NCBI GenBank assembly: GCA_963783375.1
Contig: CAWANH010000013.1
Coordinates: 1 to 26,816 of the forward strand
Reading direction: 5' to 3'
DNA length: 26,816 nucleotides
Source of the DNA: Candidatus Eiseniibacteriota bacterium
GTDB lineage: Bacteria; Eisenbacteria; RBG-16-71-46; JABDJR01
The notes below the pieces were generated by a model, which was not told where the DNA came from, did no database searches, and saw nothing but the letters and a program-made list of their open reading frames with translations. A program made the position numbers and the translations under genes. Positions 26,570-26,816 of this stretch are shown one piece after another (position 1 is the first letter of the stretch; each line of letters opens with the position of its first letter).

Positions 26570-26816
26570 TCAGCCGTCCTCCCGCCAGCGCGCGGGGCGG
26601 CGTTCCAGAAACGCGCGCATGCCCTCCTGGCCCTCGGCCCCGGCCCGGGCCTCGGCGATGGCTTCGGCGGTCGTCTCCCGGGCGTTCGCGGGAGAGCGCC
26701 CCGCCACCTCCGGGATGAGCCGCTTGATCCGGGCCTGGGCTTCCGGTCCCCCGTGGAGGAGCGAGGCCACGATCCGCTCCACGCCGGCATCGAGGGCCTC
26801 GGGATCGGTTACCCGC
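26570..26816 (-). CDS. Enoyl-CoA hydratase/isomerase family protein, probably methylglutaconyl-CoA hydratase; C-terminal part (truncated by window end)
   Basis: Crotonase C-terminal signature GPEAQARIKRL...IAEARAGAEGQEGMRAFLERRPARW, in liu-type context. Confidence 0.85.
   Translation of the reverse strand, partial: RVTDPEALDAGVERIVASLLHGGPEAQARIKRLIPEVAGRSPANARETTAEAIAEARAGAEGQEGMRAFLERRPARWREDG

Overview
A GC-rich, gene-dense chromosomal window from a probably anaerobic Gram-negative bacterium. A FlgD/T9SS-like C-terminal domain and an 'SWGxxKxxYR' tail hint at the Eisenbacteria/Krumholzibacteriota/Latescibacterota area, which is my inference. From left to right it holds: (1) the 3' end of a phosphohexomutase; (2) a divergent respiratory cluster, with a TAT-exported 4Fe-4S protein, an NrfD/HybB-family membrane protein and a 13-CxxCH cytochrome on the minus strand, and a 19-CxxCH cytochrome c/cytochrome b fusion on the plus strand; (3) a six-gene operon (class III aminotransferase, CoA-transferase A and B, M20 deacylase, thiolase, GabT) whose first four genes follow the Bacillus yodTSRQ order and which reads as a near-complete N-epsilon-acetyl-beta-lysine to GABA catabolic route; (4) a conserved hypothetical protein with flavoprotein-like and Cys motifs; (5) an intact IS630 element at the CTAG stop of a second, 11-CxxCH cytochrome c/b gene, flanked by an anomalous perfect 46-bp direct repeat; (6) a secreted 14-repeat beta-propeller protein; (7) the distal part of a leucine/isovalerate (liu-type) operon with a split carboxylase alpha subunit. 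All calls come from reading motifs; no database search was run.
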